This document shows positions 59,677 through 64,000 of a DNA stretch of 64,000 bases, one piece after another. The notes below the pieces were generated by a model that was given only the letters and a program-made list of their open reading frames with translations, was not told the DNA's origin and did not search any database. Source of the stretch: Dehalococcoidia bacterium (GTDB lineage: Bacteria > Chloroflexota > Dehalococcoidia > Lucifugimonadales > VXLM01); assembly GCA_965220255.1 (NCBI GenBank), contig OZ244816.1:1010852-1074851 (forward strand). Reading direction: 5' to 3'. The position numbers were made by a program, and so were the translations under genes. Each line of letters opens with the position of its first letter. Position 1 is the stretch's first letter.

Positions 59677-61425
59677 ATGAGGTATAGGACGGTCATCTGC
59701 GGGCTGTTGGCTGCGGTGGTGGGATTCCCGCCGGTGACGATGCTATTGGCGTGCGGTCAGGAGGCGGATGAACCTATCCCGCAAGCCCAGGAAGTCCGTG
59801 CGCCCGAAGTCGTAACGCCGGACGCAGCAGTCGAGACGCCCAAGCAGGACAAAGCAACGTCGTCTGCGCCGCCTGCGACCCCGGCGACACCCGAACCGGC
59901 GAAAGCCGAGGAACCCGAACTCGTCACAACGACCTTCCCGCCGCTGGGATTGCACGTTGACATCTTTCCATATCGTGACGGGCCGGTAACGTTGGAACGC
60001 CGAATTGTCGATGCCGACATAATTGCCATTGTCAGCTTGGAGAGTTCGACAACCGCCGTCGAAACACTTACACATGAAGGACTGACCGGTTATGTCGGCG
60101 CGTTGAAGTTCACGTTCACCGTCGAGGAACTCATCAAGTCACCTGACGGCAGCCCACCAACTCAAATAGTGGCCATGGTGGGTTCCTTGCAGGCGTATGC
60201 CGAACGTTCGGATGCACAGGCCAGAGCCGAGATGATGGCAAGTGATCGAGACACGCAATGGGACGACCGGCAGGCAATCGTGTTCCTTGCCACACACAGT
60301 TTAGAGTTTCCGGGTTCGTTGGCCGACGATCTTTACTTCATGTCATACGTCGACTATACCTATGGACTTGGGGACAGCTACTCCATAGCCAGCATACGGA
60401 ACCAGCTATGGCTGCCGGAAGCGAGGGATAGCGACAATGGCGGGGGTACCACGGCGCGGACGCCACAGGAACGTCGATTCGTAACCGGCATTGCACAAGA
60501 GGTTCCCGACATCACCTATAAGGCAGCGACCGTGTTTACCGAATCCACTTCCATTGCGCTTTCTGAATTCAGAGCTATGGTTGCCCGCATTGAAGCTGAG
60601 CTAGCCGGACAATCTATAGGATACCGAAGGTGCGTTCAGGCAAATTACGAACGCTTGCAGAAAGCAGCGCTCTGGGCTGCACGCGGCGATGATTTCATGT
60701 CGCCTGAAACGTTCACGACAGAAATAGGTTCGGGCGAAAAGGCCGGTACCGAAATCATATACAACACCCGGAAGATCGTTCACGGCCCGAACGGGTGGGA
60801 ATCACGCTCTGAGCTTCTAGGAACGAACGCTGCACTGTTCCGATTTGGCGAAACTACGAAGTTGGATACGCTTACTATCGGAGGGCGTGACAGCCTAAAC
60901 GCTGAGAAAGCGGAAATCGAAATTGTTTGGCACGTCCAACCTATGGAGACTGTCAGACCGCTGCCAAGCGGTTTCTACAGCTTCACGTGGAAGTACCACA
61001 GGGCCGAGTACATCCTGTGCGCACCCGACGTTTTCTACAACCATACCGTGAACGTAACCGTGACCGCACCCACGGGCACCCTGCACGAGGCGTTCTTCGA
61101 CCCCGTGACCGACGGCTCGGCCATAGCTGCTGACTCGTCCAACGGCATTCTCAAACCCGCGTCCTTCACCGACGCCAACAACGCCTCAGCGAACATCCAG
61201 CGCATCGAGTGGGCGTCCGACACGGTGAAGGTGAAGGTCAGTCCCCACACGGGGCTTACTGGCCAGACCGTGGACTTCATCGAGTTGGACGGGGCGGTGT
61301 CGCTGTCACTAAAGATAGCCGACGCGACGGTGGATGCAGCGAACAACACGCTGAGTTGGAGCGTGTCGTCACAGCCCTGGCACGACGGGGATTTGTTGGT
61401 GGTGCGGATACGGGAGGAGTGGTAG
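59677..61425 (+). CDS. Large lipoprotein, hypothetical
   Basis: Signal peptide with lipobox MLLAC. Pro/Ala/Thr-rich linker. 582 aa. No catalytic motif recognised. Confidence 0.65.
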   Translation: MRYRTVICGLLAAVVGFPPVTMLLACGQEADEPIPQAQEVRAPEVVTPDAAVETPKQDKATSSAPPATPATPEPAKAEEPELVTTTFPPLGLHVDIFPYRDGPVTLERRIVDADIIAIVSLESSTTAVETLTHEGLTGYVGALKFTFTVEELIKSPDGSPPTQIVAMVGSLQAYAERSDAQARAEMMASDRDTQWDDRQAIVFLATHSLEFPGSLADDLYFMSYVDYTYGLGDSYSIASIRNQLWLPEARDSDNGGGTTARTPQERRFVTGIAQEVPDITYKAATVFTESTSIALSEFRAMVARIEAELAGQSIGYRRCVQANYERLQKAALWAARGDDFMSPETFTTEIGSGEKAGTEIIYNTRKIVHGPNGWESRSELLGTNAALFRFGETTKLDTLTIGGRDSLNAEKAEIEIVWHVQPMETVRPLPSGFYSFTWKYHRAEYILCAPDVFYNHTVNVTVTAPTGTLHEAFFDPVTDGSAIAADSSNGILKPASFTDANNASANIQRIEWASDTVKVKVSPHTGLTGQTVDFIELDGAVSLSLKIADATVDAANNTLSWSVSSQPWHDGDLLVVRIREEW

Positions 61426-61455
61426 GGGTTGTCGACGGGCCGCCGAGTTGGGACC

Positions 61456-62703
61456 CTAACCCGCCGCCGGTACAGCCTTCGGCAGAGTGAAGCTGAAGAC
61501 GCTGCCTCTGCCGGGTTCGCTCTCTACCCAGATTCGGCCTCCGTGGGCCTCGATGATGCCCTTTGCGATGCTGAGGCCGATGCCAGCACCGCCGGAGTCG
61601 CGGTGGCGTGCGGGGTCTGCGCGGTAGGCGCGTTCGAAGATCTTGGGCAGGTCGCGCCGGCGGATGCCCTCTCCAGTGTCGGCCACCTGCACGTGGACTT
61701 CCTCACCGGCGTCCACTGCTCGTATCGAGATGGAGCCGTCGGGCGGCGTGTAGCGGATGGAGTTTTGCACAAGGTTGTAGAGCACCCGCTGGACGCGCTG
61801 GGAGTCCATCGAGACGGGTGAGATATCCTCCGCGACCTCGCCCTCCAGCCGGAGACGCCGGTTGTTCGCCTGCGCCGCCATGCTTTCGAGCGTGTCGGAT
61901 ATGAGGTCCTGGATGGACGACGACTCGATGTGGAGTGCCAGGATGCCTGCGTCGATCTGGGAAAGCTCGAAGAGGTCGCCTATGAGGCCGCTGAGGTTCT
62001 CGACCTCGGATTGAATCGTCGCGAGGTAGCGGGTCTTGGTGTCCTCGTCGGTCACTACGCCGTCGTTGATGCTCTCGATCATGGCGCGAATGGAGGCGAG
62101 CGGCGTCCGGAGGTCGTGGGATACCGCGCCGAAGAGCTCCTTGCGGGCGTTTTCGAGGTCGCGCTCGCGCTCGAAACTTCCCTGGAGCCGCTCGACCATG
62201 TCGTTGAAGGCCGCAGCAAGCTCGCCGACCTCGTCGTTGGACTCGACTGGCACCCTCGTGTCGAGGCTTCCGGTATTGATCTCGCGGACGGCGCTGACGA
62301 ATCCGCTCATCACTCGCGCCGTGGGCACGGAGGAGGCGTAGGCCACGAAGATGGAAATGCCGACCGAGAAGACGGTGAGCACGACGAGGAGGTAGAGGTC
62401 GTGCTGTGAGAAGAACATGAGGACGGCGACGAACCAGACGTTGGCGAGGGAGAGCGCCATTACGAGGGCGGATATGAGGATGAGACGGCTGCGAATCGAA
62501 CGCGCCCAAGAGGGCAGCCCGAACTGGGAGACGGCGACGCCGAGGGCGACGGTGATCCCGCCGGACAGGAGGAGGAAGAGGCCAAGGGCGACCAGGTCGC
62601 CGGCGGGCGGGTCGAGGAGCACGACGGTGGCGGCCAGTACGACGGCCAGAAGGATAAGCAGCGTCGCCACCGCCTGCACGGAGTGTTTTGCAAGTGCGGC
62701 CAT
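61456..62703 (-). CDS. Sensor histidine kinase (TM-HAMP-HisKA-HATPase)
   Basis: Two TM helices. H-box SHDLRTPLASI, N-box LYNLVQNSIRYT, G1 DTGEGI, G2 GGAGIGLSIAKG. Confidence 0.9.
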   Translation of the reverse strand: MAALAKHSVQAVATLLILLAVVLAATVVLLDPPAGDLVALGLFLLLSGGITVALGVAVSQFGLPSWARSIRSRLILISALVMALSLANVWFVAVLMFFSQHDLYLLVVLTVFSVGISIFVAYASSVPTARVMSGFVSAVREINTGSLDTRVPVESNDEVGELAAAFNDMVERLQGSFERERDLENARKELFGAVSHDLRTPLASIRAMIESINDGVVTDEDTKTRYLATIQSEVENLSGLIGDLFELSQIDAGILALHIESSSIQDLISDTLESMAAQANNRRLRLEGEVAEDISPVSMDSQRVQRVLYNLVQNSIRYTPPDGSISIRAVDAGEEVHVQVADTGEGIRRRDLPKIFERAYRADPARHRDSGGAGIGLSIAKGIIEAHGGRIWVESEPGRGSVFSFTLPKAVPAAG

Positions 62704-63392
62704 TAGTCTGCCTCGAACTTGTAGCCGACGCCCCAGACGGTCTTGATGTACCTCGGCTTGAGGGGGTCGGACTCCAGCTTCGCCCGGAGACGGCGGATGT
62801 GGACGGTCACGGTGGAGTAGTCGGCGGCGTAGGAGTAGTCCCAGACCTGGTCCATGAGCTGCGTCCTGGTGAAGACGTGGTTGGGATGAGACGCCAGGAA
62901 GAAGAGGAGGTCGAACTCTTTGGCCGTCAGCGTGACCTTGCGTGGGCCGTCGGTCACCTCCCTGGTGTCGGGGTTGATTTCCAGCGATCCGAACTTGAGC
63001 GTAGAGCCAGTGCCCGTTCCCGGACTCGCCTGCGCCCGCCGCAGGACCGACTTGACACGGGCGACGAGCTCTCGCGGGCTGAATGGCTTGACCATGTAGT
63101 CGTCCGCGCCCATCTCAAGTCCGACGATGCGGTCGGTCTCCTCTCCACGTGCCGTGAGCATGATGATGGGCACGTCGGAGTTCTTGCGGAGGATGCGACA
63201 GACCTCGAGTCCGTCGAGGATGGGGAGCATGAGGTCTAGGACGACGAGGTCGGGGTTCCACTCCTGGGCGACCTTGAGCGCGTCGGCCCCGTCAGCCGCG
63301 ATGGCGGCGTCGTACCCTTCGAGCTTCAGGTATCGCTCGACGACCTCCGTCACAACACGCTCGTCGTCTACGATGAGTATTCGAGTCGCCAT
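62703..63392 (-). CDS. OmpR-family response regulator
   Basis: Start ATG 63392 (MATRILIVDDE). Receiver D in VVLDLMLP. C-terminal winged helix (..YIKTVWGVGYKF). Stop overlaps the kinase start. Confidence 0.9.
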   Translation of the reverse strand: MATRILIVDDERVVTEVVERYLKLEGYDAAIAADGADALKVAQEWNPDLVVLDLMLPILDGLEVCRILRKNSDVPIIMLTARGEETDRIVGLEMGADDYMVKPFSPRELVARVKSVLRRAQASPGTGTGSTLKFGSLEINPDTREVTDGPRKVTLTAKEFDLLFFLASHPNHVFTRTQLMDQVWDYSYAADYSTVTVHIRRLRAKLESDPLKPRYIKTVWGVGYKFEAD

Positions 63393-63642
63393 GATGTCGT
63401 CGCGCCGGTCGCTCGCACCTTCGAAGTGTGGTGTTTTCAGTATACGCGAGTTGGCGGGTGCAGGCGCGGGCTGTGAAGGGGTCATCGGTCCTTCCCGTTC
63501 GTTTGGTTGGTCTCCATACTACGGGGTAAAGGTTTCCGCCTCATTACGTACCTTACAGAACTGTTAACGCTTTGGAGGCGGCGCTCCCACCCCTCGTCGC
63601 GTAGAATGAACTGCCACAATTACGAATCGCGAGGAGGATGAG

Positions 63643-64000
63643 ATGTCGCGAGCACCTGAGTACGGGATCATCTACAACTGGGACGGCGCTCCGCATGGCC
63701 ACCACGAGTTTCCGCAGACGATGGAGCAGTTCCTGGGCTCGATGTACGCCCCGCTGGAGGACACGCAGGTGGGAGCGCATTTCTGGTGCATAGGAGAGCA
63801 CGTCGCGCGGTACCGGAGCGAGGTGCAGGAGACCACCGGCGAGCACGTGGGCAGGGAGTACCACAGCACCCACGCCTACACGTTCAGCGAGAATGTTCTG
63901 GCGATGCTGGAACGTGGGGAGGACGCCCAGGCGGCCGCGATCGAGAGGGGCCATGAGCTGGGGATGCACGTCTACGCGTCGGTGCGCATGAACGACAACC
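63643..64000 (+). CDS. Hypothetical protein, 3'-truncated by window end
   Basis: ATG 63643 behind GAGGAGGA. The frame stays open to the last base (MSRAPEYGIIYNWDGAPHGHHEF..). Not in the ORF track because it has no stop. Confidence 0.6.
   Translation, partial: MSRAPEYGIIYNWDGAPHGHHEFPQTMEQFLGSMYAPLEDTQVGAHFWCIGEHVARYRSEVQETTGEHVGREYHSTHAYTFSENVLAMLERGEDAQAAAIERGHELGMHVYASVRMNDN

Noticed and set aside
1-64000. Search by eye for tRNA, rRNA and tmRNA genes and for att-like direct repeats bounding the phage-like module.
   Set aside because: No GGTTCGAATCC-type T-arm or rRNA-like conserved block was seen in any intergenic region. No long direct repeat pairs 1-420 with 12803-13013. tRNAscan-SE and a self dot-plot should confirm.

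Overview
High-GC bacterial chromosomal window, about 60-65% GC by eye with several patches near 50%. I saw no rRNA, tRNA or CRISPR array. The content falls into three layers.

(1) 418-12802 is a same-strand, phage-like head/tail structural module. It holds a portal-like ORF, an acidic scaffold-like ORF, an HK97-like capsid ORF, small ORFs, a 639-aa tail-type protein and a TM/coiled-coil ORF. Two cargo islands interrupt it: an NHL-repeat fragment plus a stand-alone DGQHR/DndB-like gene (2238-4977), and a three-gene low-GC island with a HicB/HicA-like pair (7161-8379). Host-type palindromic repeats also interrupt it.

(2) Ordinary housekeeping and metabolic genes: ECF sigma/anti-sigma, YbaK-type deacylase, heterodimeric ABC exporter, purC, thiE, a translin-like gene, hppA, an Ldh2-family dehydrogenase, CorC, glmU, a garR-like gene, a PduO-type adenosyltransferase, tsaD, an aminotransferase, an AKR, an MBL hydrolase and an OmpR/HK pair.

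(3) Accessory or defence-flavoured genes scattered among these:
- a PIN toxin translationally coupled to an unusually large 286-aa partner (15586-16838)
- a DNA methyltransferase-HNH fusion downstream of a radical-SAM/HhH DNA-repair-type gene coupled to a membrane protein (21861-25577)
- a canonical RHH-PIN pair and an orphan HigA
- an intact IS1-family element with a 9-bp target duplication
- a 126-bp MITE with perfect 16-bp TIRs and a 10-bp duplication
- at least six families of intergenic palindromic repeats, including a ~330-bp nested composite element in three copies

Best candidates for something new, in my order: the PIN + 286-aa pair; the rSAM-membrane-MTase/HNH cluster; the solitary DGQHR gene with its phased ACGTA operator-like array inside the phage-like module; the phage-like module itself (possibly domesticated or decayed); and a tandemly duplicated pair of secreted N-terminal-His, His-rich proteins.

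All functional calls come from reading motifs and gene order by eye. Nothing was checked against databases. The guess that the host is Chloroflexota-like rests only on repeat families and gene content and is unverified.
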